NCBI GenBank assembly: GCA_021775615.1
Contig: JAJFHL010000308.1
Coordinates: 298-64,297 of the forward strand
From: Hyphomicrobiales bacterium
Lineage (GTDB): Bacteria > Pseudomonadota > Alphaproteobacteria > Rhizobiales > JAJFHB01
DNA: 64,000 bases
Reading direction: 5' to 3'
Both the position numbers and the translations under genes were made by a program. The stretch's first letter is position 1; each line of letters starts with the position of its first letter. The notes below the pieces were generated by a model. That model made no database searches. It worked only from the letters and a program-made list of their open reading frames with translations, and was not told the DNA's origin. This document shows positions 49,678-60,567 of this stretch, piece after piece.

Positions 49678-51531
49678 TTACAGGGTTTCGAGTTCGTCGA
49701 TCATCCGCGAAATCACGCTGAGCCCCAGATTCCAGAAGTCCGGATCAGCAGCGTCGAGACCGAACGGCGCCAGAAGTTCCGAGTGATGCCTCGATCCGCC
49801 GGCCGACAGGAGGTCGAAATACTTCTCCACGAACCCTTCGTCCGCGCGCTCGTAAACCGCGAACAGCGAGTTGACCAGGCAATCGCCGAACGCATAGGCG
49901 TAGACGTAAAACGGCGAATGGATGAAGTGCGGAATATAGGCCCAGAAAGTCTCGTAGCCCTCGTTCATGGCGATCGCCGGCCCGAGGCTTTCGGCCTGGA
50001 CGCCGAGCCAGATCTCGCCCAGTTGCTCCGATGTCAGCTCGCCATTGCGGCGCTCGGTGTGGACCCGGCGCTCGAACGTGTAGAACGCCATCTGGCGCAC
50101 CACCGTATTGAGCATGTCCTCCACTTTCGCCGCCATCAGCATCTTGCGCGACTGCTCGTTGTCGGTCTGGCTGAGGAGTGAGCGGAACGTCAGCATCTCG
50201 CCGAACACACTCGCCGTTTCCGCCAGGGTCAAAGGTGTCTGCGACAGCAAGAGCCCCTGCGGCGCCGCCAGAATCTGGTGCACCCCGTGGCCCAGTTCAT
50301 GGGCCAGCGTCATGACATCGCGGGTTTTGCCCTGGTAGTTGACCAGCACATAAGGGTGCGCGCTCGGCACCGTCGGGTGGGCGAACGCCCCTGGAGACTT
50401 GCCCGGACGCACCGGCGCATCGATCCAGCCATTGTCGAAAAACCGGGACGCATGGTCCGCCATCTGCGGCGCGAAGCCGGCATAGGCATCAAGCACCGTG
50501 CGCCGTGCCTCATCCCAGGGCACGGTTCTGGTGTCCTCGTCGGGGAGCGGCGCATTGCGGTCCCAGTGGTTCAATTGGTCGAGACCCAGCCATTTGGCCT
50601 TGAGCGCGTAATAGCGATGCGACAGTTTCGGATAGGCGTTCTGCACCGCCTGCTCAAGCGCGTCCACCACCGGACGCTCGACCCGGTTCGCCAGATGTCT
50701 GGAATCGGCGATATCTTCAAAGCCGCGCCAGCGGTCGGAGATTTCCTTGTCCTTGGCCAGCGTATTGGTGATCTGCGTGAACAGCCGGATATTGGCGTTG
50801 AACGTGACGGAAAGCGCATCCGCGGCCGCCTTGCGCTGCTCAGGTTCAGGTTCCAGCATCAGGCTCAACGTCGGTGCGATGGTGAGCTCCTCGCCGTCGA
50901 CATGGAACCGCAATGCGCTCACCGTCTCGTCGAACAGGCGGTTCCAGGCGCCCCGCCCGGTAACGTCCTTTTCGTGGAACAGCTGCTCCACCCGGTCCTC
51001 GAGCTGGTGCGGCCTCTCCTTGCGCAGATCGGCCAGCCAGGGCGCGTAGTAGGCAAGCTCCGGCACGCCGAGAGCATCATCGAGCGCGGCATCGTCAAGC
51101 CGGTTGATTTCCAGTTCGAAGAACAGCAGCTGCGTCGTGATGGCGGTCAGTTTTTCCTGGATGTCGCCATAGAATTTCGAGCATTCGGGATCGGACGTGT
51201 CGCCGGCATAGAGCAGGCCCGCGTAGGAATACAGGCGGCCGAGCGTATCCTGCAGTGCCTCGTAGCGTGCGATCGCCTTTGCCAGGGCGCCGCCACCCTG
51301 CCCTGCAACAAGGTCCGGCAGCTTGCCCTGGTAGTCCCCCGCGAATGCCGCGGCGTCCTTGTCGGCGCGCTCCAGATCGCCATTGACCTCGGGACTGTCG
51401 ATGGCGGGATAGAGGTCGTTGAGGTTCCAGTTCGGCAATTCACCAAGATCTTTGTCACGCGATCCCGCTTCAGCCGCGGAGCGCACCGCGTGCTGCTGCC
51501 GCGTGATCTCCGGTTTTGACAGTTCTTTCAT
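49678..51531 (-). CDS. pepF: M3 family oligoendopeptidase F
   Basis: W.L.DLY, GK.PGAF, TLAHELGHGVH, AETASVFGE and HF.HSPFYVYAY motifs. Confidence 0.94.
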   Translation of the reverse strand: MKELSKPEITRQQHAVRSAAEAGSRDKDLGELPNWNLNDLYPAIDSPEVNGDLERADKDAAAFAGDYQGKLPDLVAGQGGGALAKAIARYEALQDTLGRLYSYAGLLYAGDTSDPECSKFYGDIQEKLTAITTQLLFFELEINRLDDAALDDALGVPELAYYAPWLADLRKERPHQLEDRVEQLFHEKDVTGRGAWNRLFDETVSALRFHVDGEELTIAPTLSLMLEPEPEQRKAAADALSVTFNANIRLFTQITNTLAKDKEISDRWRGFEDIADSRHLANRVERPVVDALEQAVQNAYPKLSHRYYALKAKWLGLDQLNHWDRNAPLPDEDTRTVPWDEARRTVLDAYAGFAPQMADHASRFFDNGWIDAPVRPGKSPGAFAHPTVPSAHPYVLVNYQGKTRDVMTLAHELGHGVHQILAAPQGLLLSQTPLTLAETASVFGEMLTFRSLLSQTDNEQSRKMLMAAKVEDMLNTVVRQMAFYTFERRVHTERRNGELTSEQLGEIWLGVQAESLGPAIAMNEGYETFWAYIPHFIHSPFYVYAYAFGDCLVNSLFAVYERADEGFVEKYFDLLSAGGSRHHSELLAPFGLDAADPDFWNLGLSVISRMIDELETL

Positions 51532-51604
51532 AGATTCAATCCGTAATGGGCGCTCACCCCGCCTATATCGAGACGCGCCGCGGAATTCTCAAGCCGTCCG
51601 GCGG

Positions 51605-51670
51605 CTAACCACTTCTCAACCATAATGTCGTGAGTGTTCAGCTTTGCGACAGCTTTAAGCCAGTCTTTAC
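51605..51670 (+). promoter_or_regulatory. Two degenerate CtrA-like boxes upstream of tacA
   Basis: ctaa-ccacttc-tcaac (51605-51620) and ttaa-gccagtc-tttac (51655-51670); tacA is a known CtrA target in Caulobacter. Confidence 0.5.
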
Positions 51671-51781
51671 GGTTCTGGGTCAAAATGAGCCACCTTAAAG
51701 TTGACGATGCGACATTGATCCGCGCCGACCGGCTTCGGCTTGGCGTCTGTCCTGGTGAGTTGTTTTTGAGAGAGTATCTTT

Positions 51782-53287
51782 ATGTCCCGTACCGTTCTTG
51801 TAGTTGATGATGATCCCGCGCAGCGGCGCATTCTTGAAGAAATGGTTCGGCGATTCGGCTATCACCCGCTTTCCGCGGAGTGCGGCCAGGGCGCGATCGA
51901 CATTCTACAAGGTCCCCAGGGCAAGGACGTATCGCTCCTCATCCTCGATCTGGTGATGCCCGAAGTCGGCGGCATCGAGGTTCTCGAGGCCATCAAGCCG
52001 CACAACGAAAGCCTGCCTGTCATCGTGCAGACCGCGCAGGGCAGCATCGAGACGGTGGTTCAGGCCATGCGTGCCGGCGCCGACGACTTCGTGGTCAAGC
52101 CGGTCAGCCCGGAACGGCTCAAGGTTTCCATTCAAAACGCCCTCAAGGTGAACGCTCTGGCTGGAGAAATCACCCGCATCAGAAAGAAGGTCGAGGGCGA
52201 GCTGACATTCGATCAACTGGTGCTGGAAAGCCCGTTGATGTCCAATGTGACCCGTCTCGGTCAGCGCGCGGCACAATCCAACATTCCCGTGCTGATCGAA
52301 GGCGAAAGCGGCGTCGGCAAGGAAATGATTGCCCGCGCCATCCAGGGCGAAAGTGACCGGGCCGGCAAGCCATTTGTTTCGGTCAACTGTGGCGCAATTC
52401 CGGAAAATCTGGTGGAAAGCCTTTTGTTCGGCCACGAGAAAGGGTCCTTCACCGGCGCCACGGGCAAGCATAGCGGCAAGTTTCTGGAAGCCAGCGGCGG
52501 CACCCTGTTTCTCGATGAAATCGGCGAGCTGCCGCTCGACGTCCAGGTCAAGCTGCTCCGCGCGCTTCAGGAAGGCGAGATCGATCCGGTCGGCGCCAAA
52601 CGTCCCGTCAAGGTCGATGTACGGTTCATATCCGCGACCAACCGCGATCTCATCGAAATGGTGAAGAACGGCGAGTTCCGCGAAGATCTCTATTACCGGC
52701 TCAATGTGTTTCCGGTGATGATCCCTCCCCTGCGCGACCGGCCCGAGGACGTTCCCGGCCTGGTCAGCCACTTCGTCACCAGGTTCTCCGCCGAGGAAGG
52801 GCGCAAGATTGCCGGCATCGCCGACAACGCGCTTGCCATGCTTCAGGCCTATAGCTGGCCCGGCAACGTAAGGCAGCTCGAAAACGCGGTGTTCCGTGCG
52901 GTTGTCCTGGCCGAAAGCGACCAGCTCAGCGTCGCCGAATTTCCCCAGATTGCAGCCCAGCTGGAAGGCTACGAGGTTACCGTTCCGCAGGCGCCGGCCG
53001 ACCCCGAACCCGAAGTCATCCCGGGCATGGAGGGTCCCGCCCTCATTGGAAGCGAGCTGCCGGCCGCGATCTGCCGCCCGCTCGACGCCGATGGCAGCGC
53101 CTTGGGCATCGCGGCGATGACCGATGGCGGCGAGGTCCGCCGCCTCGAGGAAATCGAAGCCGATATGATCCGGCTGGCGCTGCAGCGCTACCGCGGCCAC
53201 ATGTCGGAAGTCGCCAGAAAGCTTGGAATCGGGCGATCCACGCTCTACCGCAAGGTGCGTGAGCTTGGCCTTGAGGCCAAAATGTAA
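51782..53287 (+). CDS. tacA: Sigma-54-dependent response regulator (TacA ortholog by synteny)
   Basis: REC domain, GESGVGKE, GSFTGA, LFLDEIGE and Fis-type HTH; divergent from pepF and upstream of DUF882/DUF2312. Confidence 0.85.
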   Translation: MSRTVLVVDDDPAQRRILEEMVRRFGYHPLSAECGQGAIDILQGPQGKDVSLLILDLVMPEVGGIEVLEAIKPHNESLPVIVQTAQGSIETVVQAMRAGADDFVVKPVSPERLKVSIQNALKVNALAGEITRIRKKVEGELTFDQLVLESPLMSNVTRLGQRAAQSNIPVLIEGESGVGKEMIARAIQGESDRAGKPFVSVNCGAIPENLVESLLFGHEKGSFTGATGKHSGKFLEASGGTLFLDEIGELPLDVQVKLLRALQEGEIDPVGAKRPVKVDVRFISATNRDLIEMVKNGEFREDLYYRLNVFPVMIPPLRDRPEDVPGLVSHFVTRFSAEEGRKIAGIADNALAMLQAYSWPGNVRQLENAVFRAVVLAESDQLSVAEFPQIAAQLEGYEVTVPQAPADPEPEVIPGMEGPALIGSELPAAICRPLDADGSALGIAAMTDGGEVRRLEEIEADMIRLALQRYRGHMSEVARKLGIGRSTLYRKVRELGLEAKM

Positions 53288-53384
53288 CACCTGCGTGAGA
53301 ATCGGACGTAAAATGGCCACGACCGATTGCCAAAACTCTGTTTATGTCCTTAATTGGCTGGAGAGATCGCAAGGGAGGTCTTAG

Positions 53385-55289
53385 GTGATTCGGCTAGGCT
53401 CAGCACTGGCAACGGCTGGTATTGTTCTATTTGCGTCCGCTCCAACAGATCTGGCCTCCGCCAGAGACTTGGGCTTTGATGACCTGTTCAATCGCAACTC
53501 TCAGAGCAGATCTGAAGAGGGCGGTGGGTTCTGGAGCATTTTCTCCCGCAAGCGCTCACGCAACCGCGAAGCGGTCATCGAACCGACAAAGCCCTATGTC
53601 GCGCCGGTTTATCAGCACGACGTGCTGTCGCCCCTCAAAGATGCGAAAATCGATGACGAACGCCCCGAAGGCGCGATTGAAGCTGCGATTTTCGACCTTC
53701 TGAAGCACGGCGGCGATCCGGTCATCCGCGTCCATGCCAGCCACAAGGCGGCGTTGATCAGTTTTTACCGCGAGCGCGGCTTCAAGCCGCTTTGGACCAG
53801 CGAAGACGGTGTTAACCTGCGTGCCGAGCGCATGCTGACGCTGTTGAGCAAGGCGGATCACGAAGGCATGCGCGCCGGCGACTATCTGCCCGAAGCGCTC
53901 GGTGCCTTCGATCCCGAACTACGTCCCGAATTCGACGATCTGCTGCAGATCGCCAGGCTTGACGTCGAGTTGAGCGTGGCGGCGGTGAAATACGCGCATC
54001 ACGCATCCGCCGGCCGCATTGTACCGGAGCGCCTGAGCAAGTTCATCGACGTGCATCCCGAGGCGGTGCCGGCGGAAACCGTTTTGTCCGACCTGAGCCG
54101 GACGGTGCGGCCGGACAAGTACCTGGCCGGCCTCCACCCCACTCACCTGGCCTATGGAATGCTCAAGCGCGAGTTGGCGGCACTTCGCAAGGTGGCGCGG
54201 GCCGAGCGTGAGATCACTATTCCTTCCGGCGAGTTGCTGAAACTCAACAAGGTCGACAAGCGCGTCGTCCTGATCCGCAAAAAACTCAAGGAAATGGGCC
54301 TGCTTGAGCACAGGGTCATCGTCGTAAGGAGCAATGTGCCCGAATTTGCCGCAGAGGCGAAAGACCGGGTCACGAGAACCAAGACAACCGCCAGATCTCC
54401 GGTTTACGACAAGGATGTCGTGGCGGCGGTGAAACGTCTCCAGAAACGCCTTGGACTGTCCCCGGACGGAGTGGTCGGCCCGGCAACCATTCAGGCAATG
54501 AACAGCGATTCGAGCGGCAAGCGGATCGAAAAGCTGGTGCTCAACCTGGAGCGGCTGCGCTGGCTGCCCCGCGAGCTTGGCAACCGGCACGTCTTCGTGA
54601 ACCAGGCGGCCTACGAGATGAAGCTGTTCGACGACGGCGAGCTGATCCATCGCGCCCGCGTTATTGTCGGCAAGCGCGAACATCAAACGCCGTCGTTCAG
54701 CGACACAATGGAATTCGTTGTGTTCAACCCGTACTGGAACGTGCCGAACTCGATCGCCACCAAGGAGATGCTGCCGCATCTCATCGCCAATCCGTCCTAT
54801 CTCGACAACAAGGGATTCGAAGTGGTCGGCCGCGGTGGCAAGGTGTCGAGCAGTTCAGTCGACTGGGAGGACTACGAGGGTCGGAAACTGCCCTTCAATT
54901 TCCGCCAGCCGCCGGGTGCCGGCAACGCATTGGGCGAAGTCAAGTTCCTGTTTCCGAATCGCCACAACGTCTACATGCATGACACGCCGACCAAGCATTT
55001 GTTTTCGCAGCCGGTCAGGGCATACAGCCACGGTTGCGTCCGGGTGCACAATGCGGACAAGTTCGCCAACGTGATTCTGGAGCGCGAAGGGTGGACGCCC
55101 AACTCCATCCGTTCCGCCATCAACACCGGTGAAAACCGCAGAATAGTGCTGAAAAAGAAGGTTTCGGTGCACATCACCTACTTCACCGCATGGACCGACG
55201 GCAATGACCTCGTTTACTACAAAGACATGTACGGGCGGGACGAATTGCTGAAGCGCGCGCTGGGCGAAAATCGCGTAGCCATGAAATAG
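53385..55289 (+). CDS. YcbB/LdtD-like L,D-transpeptidase
   Basis: Scaffold domain, PG-binding Q.R.GL.PDGVVG, NPYWNVP, KFLFPN, YMHDTP and SHGCVR motifs. Confidence 0.93.
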   Translation: MIRLGSALATAGIVLFASAPTDLASARDLGFDDLFNRNSQSRSEEGGGFWSIFSRKRSRNREAVIEPTKPYVAPVYQHDVLSPLKDAKIDDERPEGAIEAAIFDLLKHGGDPVIRVHASHKAALISFYRERGFKPLWTSEDGVNLRAERMLTLLSKADHEGMRAGDYLPEALGAFDPELRPEFDDLLQIARLDVELSVAAVKYAHHASAGRIVPERLSKFIDVHPEAVPAETVLSDLSRTVRPDKYLAGLHPTHLAYGMLKRELAALRKVARAEREITIPSGELLKLNKVDKRVVLIRKKLKEMGLLEHRVIVVRSNVPEFAAEAKDRVTRTKTTARSPVYDKDVVAAVKRLQKRLGLSPDGVVGPATIQAMNSDSSGKRIEKLVLNLERLRWLPRELGNRHVFVNQAAYEMKLFDDGELIHRARVIVGKREHQTPSFSDTMEFVVFNPYWNVPNSIATKEMLPHLIANPSYLDNKGFEVVGRGGKVSSSSVDWEDYEGRKLPFNFRQPPGAGNALGEVKFLFPNRHNVYMHDTPTKHLFSQPVRAYSHGCVRVHNADKFANVILEREGWTPNSIRSAINTGENRRIVLKKKVSVHITYFTAWTDGNDLVYYKDMYGRDELLKRALGENRVAMK

Positions 55290-55295
55290 TCAAAT

Positions 55296-55310
55296 TTAAT
55301 CGAACATTAA
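55296..55310. promoter_or_regulatory. CtrA box TTAA-N7-TTAA
   Basis: ttaatcgaacattaa in the intergenic region upstream of the DUF882 gene. Confidence 0.6.
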
Positions 55311-55482
55311 ACATACTACGGTGAGATTGCAGACAATCAGATGTGGCTTTCTGCATCCGAGTGTTGGTAATCTTTAAGCCCCGGTGAGTGGGATGGTGAC
55401 GGGTTAAGGCTGTTGTGGCTTTTTGCCGGAAACCGGATAATTCGCAAGACGGGGATGGGCGCGGTATGCTATATGCCGTCGA

Positions 55483-56889
55483 GTGAGTATGGGAATGCCT
55501 GCGGGGAATAACTTGTTCACCAAATCCGTGAAGTTTGCAAAGCGCTGGAGCACCATTGCGGTTCTGACCGCGTTCGTGGCTTGCACGTCCTTTTTCGCAA
55601 TTCGTGACTTTGTTCCGGACGCCTCCGCGGTGGATGAAGAACGTACGATTTCGTTCTACAACATCCACAACAAGGAGACGATCGAGATCACGTACAAGAA
55701 GAACGGTCGCTACATCCCTTCGGCGATGGAGAAACTGAACCACTTCCTGCGTGATTGGCGCCAGGACGCACCCACCAAGATGGATCCCAAGCTGATCGAT
55801 CTGATCTGGGAGCTGCGCCAGGAACTGGGTTCGACCGCGCCGACGCATCTCATTTCCGGCTACCGTTCGCCGAAGACCAACGCCATGCTCAGGCGCATCG
55901 GCCGCAAGGTCGCACGCCGCAGCATGCACATGCGCGGCCAGGCGTCGGATGTGTATTTCCCCGACGTCAAGCTCGAGGATGTGCGCAACAGTGCCCTGGT
56001 GCGTCAGATCGGCGGCGTTGGATACTACCCGCGCTCCGGCGAGCACGGCTTCATTCACGTGGACACCGGCAACGTCCGCCACTGGCCGCGTCTGAGCAAG
56101 ACCAAGCTGGCGGCGATTTTCCGTAACCACAAGAACAAGCACCAGCACCGCAAGAACGAGAAGGGCCCGATCTATCTGGTTCAGCGCAACCGCTCGACCG
56201 ACAACGATTCGATCGCCGCTTCTCCAAACAACATCAAGAACACCCAGACGGCCGCACAGAACTATCCGCTGCCGCGGCCCAAGCCGGTTGTCGCCTCGGT
56301 GACGCCGAAGATCTTCACGCCGGCTCCGGCCAAGCCCGATCCGATGCAGCCGCCGGTGATCGTCGCCTCGGCGACGCCTGCGAACACCACCGAAGCCGAG
56401 CCTGAAGTGCCGCAGCTTCGCAGAAGCCTGGTGTTCTTCCCGCTGGCCATCCTGAGGCGCGAGGCCCTGCCCGACCAGCTCGAGCCGGATCTCGAGGAGG
56501 AACAGCCGCTGAGTGTTCGTGAAATCAACACCGCCAGCACCGCTTCGACGGAGCCGCTGAAGTTCATGCTCATCGAGAACGAGCCGAAGCGGGCCCTGAG
56601 CGCGTCCCAGCTTGCCCGTGCCGCCCGTCAGGTGGTAACGCGCGACGGCAAGAGCCGTCTGCTGATGACGCAGACCGCCCGTCCGGTCCCCAATGAGGGC
56701 GAAAAGGGCGAGTTCCTTCAGGCGGAAACGACCATCATCGACCTGAGGGGCCCAACCGTCCAGACGACTCCCGAAGAGATCGAGGAGACGGTCGAAAAGG
56801 TTCAGGCGACGGCTCAGGCCGAAGAGCTTGATCTGATTGGCGAAGAGCCGGTTGCGATACCCGCAGGCGCCGGCTTCAGTTATCGCTGA
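55483..56889 (+). CDS. DUF882/YcbK (peptidase M15) protein with long low-complexity C-terminus
   Basis: [30 protein letters not shown] and FIHVDTG motifs; start uncertain. Confidence 0.9.
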   Translation: MSMGMPAGNNLFTKSVKFAKRWSTIAVLTAFVACTSFFAIRDFVPDASAVDEERTISFYNIHNKETIEITYKKNGRYIPSAMEKLNHFLRDWRQDAPTKMDPKLIDLIWELRQELGSTAPTHLISGYRSPKTNAMLRRIGRKVARRSMHMRGQASDVYFPDVKLEDVRNSALVRQIGGVGYYPRSGEHGFIHVDTGNVRHWPRLSKTKLAAIFRNHKNKHQHRKNEKGPIYLVQRNRSTDNDSIAASPNNIKNTQTAAQNYPLPRPKPVVASVTPKIFTPAPAKPDPMQPPVIVASATPANTTEAEPEVPQLRRSLVFFPLAILRREALPDQLEPDLEEEQPLSVREINTASTASTEPLKFMLIENEPKRALSASQLARAARQVVTRDGKSRLLMTQTARPVPNEGEKGEFLQAETTIIDLRGPTVQTTPEEIEETVEKVQATAQAEELDLIGEEPVAIPAGAGFSYR

Positions 56890-57181
56890 ATTCTGAAGAT
56901 TGATCGCTTTCCGCGCTTGGCGCCGGTCCCGCATCCGGGACCATGCCGAGTGCGTGGAGATACAGATCGATCAGCGCTTCTTCTTCCTGCCGTTCCTCGC
57001 TGTCGACCTTGCGCAGACGAACGACCTTGCGGAGAATTTTGACATCGAAGCCGTTTCCCTTGGCCTCGGCATAGACTTCCTTGATGTCATTCGCGATCGT
57101 CGCCTTTTCTTCCTCAAGCCGCTCGATGCGTTCCACAATGCTGCGCAGTTGTCCCTGGGCGATGCCCGTTGATGCTTCCAT
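56876..57181 (-). CDS. gapR: Nucleoid-associated protein GapR (DUF2312)
   Basis: [33 protein letters not shown]...LY..ALGM. Confidence 0.92.
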   Translation of the reverse strand: MEASTGIAQGQLRSIVERIERLEEEKATIANDIKEVYAEAKGNGFDVKILRKVVRLRKVDSEERQEEEALIDLYLHALGMVPDAGPAPSAESDQSSEFSDN

Positions 57182-57236
57182 GGCCAAAAACCTCCCCTAT
57201 CCGCAACGCGGATCCAAATAATCCATCAATAGTGTA

Positions 57237-57530
57237 TTAGTGCTCTTTGGAGGCCTCGTAGGCAGCCATTTGCTCCGCTGTCGCCTCGGCCTGATGCTTG
57301 GCCTTCCACTCGTCATAGGGCATGCCGTAGACATGCTCGCGTGCATCGGCTTTCGAAACATCGACATCCATGTCTTGCGCCGCCTCGACATACCAGTTTG
57401 ACAGGCAGTTGCGGCAAAACCCCGCCAGTGTCATGAGCTCGATGTTCTGCACATCGGTCCGGTTGCGCAGGTGGCTGACAAGCCGCCGGAACGCCGCCGC
57501 CTCCAGTTCTGTTTGCGTCTTCTCGTCCAT
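57237..57530 (-). CDS. DUF1244 family protein
   Basis: ELEAAAFRRL..HL..R.DVQNI.LM.LAGFCRNCL...YGMPY.EWK. Confidence 0.92.
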   Translation of the reverse strand: MDEKTQTELEAAAFRRLVSHLRNRTDVQNIELMTLAGFCRNCLSNWYVEAAQDMDVDVSKADAREHVYGMPYDEWKAKHQAEATAEQMAAYEASKEH

Positions 57531-57585
57531 ATCACTCACCTTGGTCTGTACCCGCCCGGGGGCTGTCATGTGACGGCCGACAGAA

Positions 57586-58368
57586 TCAGCCGGCATCCTC
57601 AAGCATACTGTGCAGGTTCTCTTCGGCAACCAGCGGCGGCAGGATGTCCGCCAGACGCTGCGCCCATTCGCGGATTCCCGCCTCGTCGGCAATCAGATCC
57701 TGCCTGATCTCGAGCAACGCATGTGCGATGCCGCGCTGCGTCCCGTGCCGGTTCATCATGTCGCCTCGCAATTCGCCCGAATATGGCTCGTTGTCACCGA
57801 CGACCAGATCCCCCTGCTGGCGCAACGCCTCAAGAAACGGAAGCGCCAGGCGCGCATCGCTATCCCACAGGACACCCGCATGCCATGGGCGCGGCGTCCC
57901 GCGCCACGACGGCGTAAAACTGTGTATGGAGATCAAGGCAGGCACGATGCCAAGCTCCAGACAGCGCTCTATCGCCTCTCCCACCGCCGCATCATACGGT
58001 TCGTAATAGGTCCGCATTCTGTGGTCGATTTCATCCTGGTCGATTGCCGCATTTCCCGGAACGATCGCCCCGTCCGAGATCCGCATGACCAGCGTCGGAT
58101 CATCGCGCCCTCTGTTGGGATCGATCAGCAGGCGGGAAAATTTCGACAGCACCGCGGGCACATTCATCAATTGAGAAAGGTGCCTGATGACGCCGTCAAC
58201 ACCGATGTCATAGGCGATGTGCCGCGACAGTTGATCCTTGGACAATCCGAGATCGGCGTATTCGGGAGGAACGATATTGGTTGCATGGTCACAGACGAGA
58301 ATAACGCCGCTTGCGACGTTGCCGTCCAGAGTTTCAAAAACCGGCGCAGCCGGTTTTGAACCGGACAT
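57586..58368 (-). CDS. N-formylglutamate amidohydrolase family protein
   Basis: CDHA, HIAYDIG, SRLLIDPNR, SIHSFTP, DNEPY and EIRQDLI motifs; start uncertain. Confidence 0.92.
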   Translation of the reverse strand: MSGSKPAAPVFETLDGNVASGVILVCDHATNIVPPEYADLGLSKDQLSRHIAYDIGVDGVIRHLSQLMNVPAVLSKFSRLLIDPNRGRDDPTLVMRISDGAIVPGNAAIDQDEIDHRMRTYYEPYDAAVGEAIERCLELGIVPALISIHSFTPSWRGTPRPWHAGVLWDSDARLALPFLEALRQQGDLVVGDNEPYSGELRGDMMNRHGTQRGIAHALLEIRQDLIADEAGIREWAQRLADILPPLVAEENLHSMLEDAG

Positions 58369-58693
58369 TCCGCCCGCTCCATGATCCATCTCGGTTTCCG
58401 TGCGACCCAGCATGGCGGGACTATAATCCGCCTTGCAACCACTGACCACCGGCAAGCGTCCCGATTCCGCTTGTTTTTGGTGGATATTACAATTGCATCC
58501 AGGCACCCGATCAGCCATTTTGATGCCACTTTTTCCGTGTCACGTCCGAGCCCGTGCACAAAGGGCGTCAAGGCTGTATGGCGCACCTTACAAGTCAAGT
58601 CTCCCCGGAGTGTTCCTCACCGAAGCGGTAACTGTCATGAGGAATTTCACTGGTGGAAGCAATAAAGCATGGTATTTTTTCAAAGCGAATCAG

Positions 58694-59134
58694 ATGGAAA
58701 TGGTGAACTCAATGGTCCGATCAGCTATGGCCACTTTGGTCATACTCCTGTTTTGTACCCTCGGCGCCGAACGCGCGGCGGCGGATCTGAAGCTCTGCAA
58801 CAACACAGACAGCCGTGTCGGCGTTGCCCTTGGCTACAACGACACCAAGCTCTGGGTCAGCGAGGGCTGGTGGAACATCAAGCCCAATGCCTGCGCGACG
58901 CTGCTGAAGGGCGAATTGATCGCGCGCTACTACTACATCTACGCGGTCGACTACGATGACGCCGGTTCATGGGGCGGTAAAGCCCCCCTGTGCACCCAGG
59001 ACAAGCTGTTTGTCATCCAGGGTCACAACAACTGTACCGAACGCGGTTTCAAGAAAACCGGCTTCCGTGAAGTCGACACTCACGAAGAATCCGATTGGAC
59101 AATATCACTGACCAACCAGGGCCAGGATCAGTGA
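58694..59134 (+). CDS. DUF1036 family secreted protein
   Basis: Signal peptide, LCN.T...VGVALGY...W.SEGWW and GF.EVDT motifs; start uncertain (58694-58727). Confidence 0.9.
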   Translation: MEMVNSMVRSAMATLVILLFCTLGAERAAADLKLCNNTDSRVGVALGYNDTKLWVSEGWWNIKPNACATLLKGELIARYYYIYAVDYDDAGSWGGKAPLCTQDKLFVIQGHNNCTERGFKKTGFREVDTHEESDWTISLTNQGQDQ

Positions 59135-60567
59135 AACGAAACCGGCGGGTCAAGATCGTCGCCACGATCGGGCCCGCCAGTTCTTCCTCAAAGGTCATTG
59201 AACGCCTGTTTGAGTGCGGAGCCGATGTGTTCCGCATCAACATGAGCCACACCTCGCCGGAACACTTGCGCGAGCTGACCGACATCATCCGCGATATCGA
59301 GGCCCGCCAGGGCCATCCGGTCGGCATCCTGGCGGACCTCCAGGGCCCGAAGCTGCGGATCGGAGAATTCGAAGGCGACGAGGTGACACTCATCGAGGGC
59401 CAGGTGTTCGATCTGGTGAGTGACGATACGCCGGGCACCAGCCGGCAGGTGCATCTGCCGCATCCCGAGATCATTGCCGCGGTTGAACCCGGCGCCGCCC
59501 TGCTGGTCAACGACGGCAAGATCAGGTTGCGCGTGAAGGAGCGCTCCAAGGACGTCGTGCGAACCGTTGTCGAGGTCGGCGGCGCACTGTCGGCACGCAA
59601 AGGCGTCAACCTGCCCGACACCATCGTGCCGGTGAGCGCCATGACCGACAAGGACCGGATCGATCTCGAGGCCGCCTGCGAGGTCGGTGCCGACTGGATC
59701 GCCCTGTCTTTCGTGCAACGTCCTGAAGACATTCTCGAAGCCAGAAAACTGTCGCACGGGCGCGCAGCACTGATGGCCAAGATCGAAAAACCCTCGGCGC
59801 TGCAGCATCTCACTGAAATTCTCGAGCTGGCCGATGGGATCATGGTGGCGCGCGGCGACCTGGGCGTCGAACTGCCGCTCGAACAGGTGCCGGGCCGCCA
59901 GAAACAGATCACCCGGGCAGCGCGTAGCCTCGGAAAGCCTGTCGTGGTCGCCACGCAGATGCTGGAATCGATGATCCAGTCGCCGGTTCCGACCCGCGCC
60001 GAGGTGTCCGACGTCGCAACCGCCGTTTTCGAAGGCGCCGACGCGATCATGCTGTCGGCGGAGTCAGCCGTCGGAGACTACCCGGACGAGGCCATCTTGA
60101 TGATGGACAAGATCGCCCGCGAGGTGGAGCGCGATCTGCATTACGAGAGCATCATCCACGCCCAGCGCGCCGAACCGGAGGCCACCAGCGCGGACGCGAT
60201 CTCGGCTGCCGCCAGAACCGTTGCCGATACTTTGAACCTTGCGGCAATCGTCTGTTACACCGGCTCCGGCACCACCGGCATGCGCGCCTCGCGTGAACGC
60301 CCGGGTCGGCCGATCATCGCGCTCACCCCAAATCCCGGCACCGGACGCCGCCTTGCCCTCGTCTGGGGGCTGCATTGCGTACTGACGCGTGACGCTCAGT
60401 CTCTCGAAGACATGGTCGACCGCGCCTGCCGTATCGCTTTTCAGGAAGGCTTTGCCGATCCGGGCCAGCGCATCATTATTACCGCCGGAGTGCCGCTTGG
60501 GACCCCGGGCGCCACCAATCTCCTGCGCATCGCCTTTGTCGGCGAAGACGGAGCCGGCGCGCTCTAA
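59131..60567 (+). CDS. pyk: Pyruvate kinase
   Basis: KIVATIGPAS, FRINMSH, DLQGPKLR, MVARGDLG and ATQMLESM motifs; GTG start at 59131. Confidence 0.98.
   Translation: MKRNRRVKIVATIGPASSSSKVIERLFECGADVFRINMSHTSPEHLRELTDIIRDIEARQGHPVGILADLQGPKLRIGEFEGDEVTLIEGQVFDLVSDDTPGTSRQVHLPHPEIIAAVEPGAALLVNDGKIRLRVKERSKDVVRTVVEVGGALSARKGVNLPDTIVPVSAMTDKDRIDLEAACEVGADWIALSFVQRPEDILEARKLSHGRAALMAKIEKPSALQHLTEILELADGIMVARGDLGVELPLEQVPGRQKQITRAARSLGKPVVVATQMLESMIQSPVPTRAEVSDVATAVFEGADAIMLSAESAVGDYPDEAILMMDKIAREVERDLHYESIIHAQRAEPEATSADAISAAARTVADTLNLAAIVCYTGSGTTGMRASRERPGRPIIALTPNPGTGRRLALVWGLHCVLTRDAQSLEDMVDRACRIAFQEGFADPGQRIIITAGVPLGTPGATNLLRIAFVGEDGAGAL

Noticed and set aside
53314-53330. tggccacgaccgattgc as a sigma-54 promoter for the L,D-transpeptidase
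   Set aside because: GG-to-GC spacing is 12 nt instead of the required 10.
58380-58690. Possible sRNA between the formylglutamate amidohydrolase and DUF1036 genes
   Set aside because: No terminator or convincing stable structure; compatible with divergent promoters and leaders.
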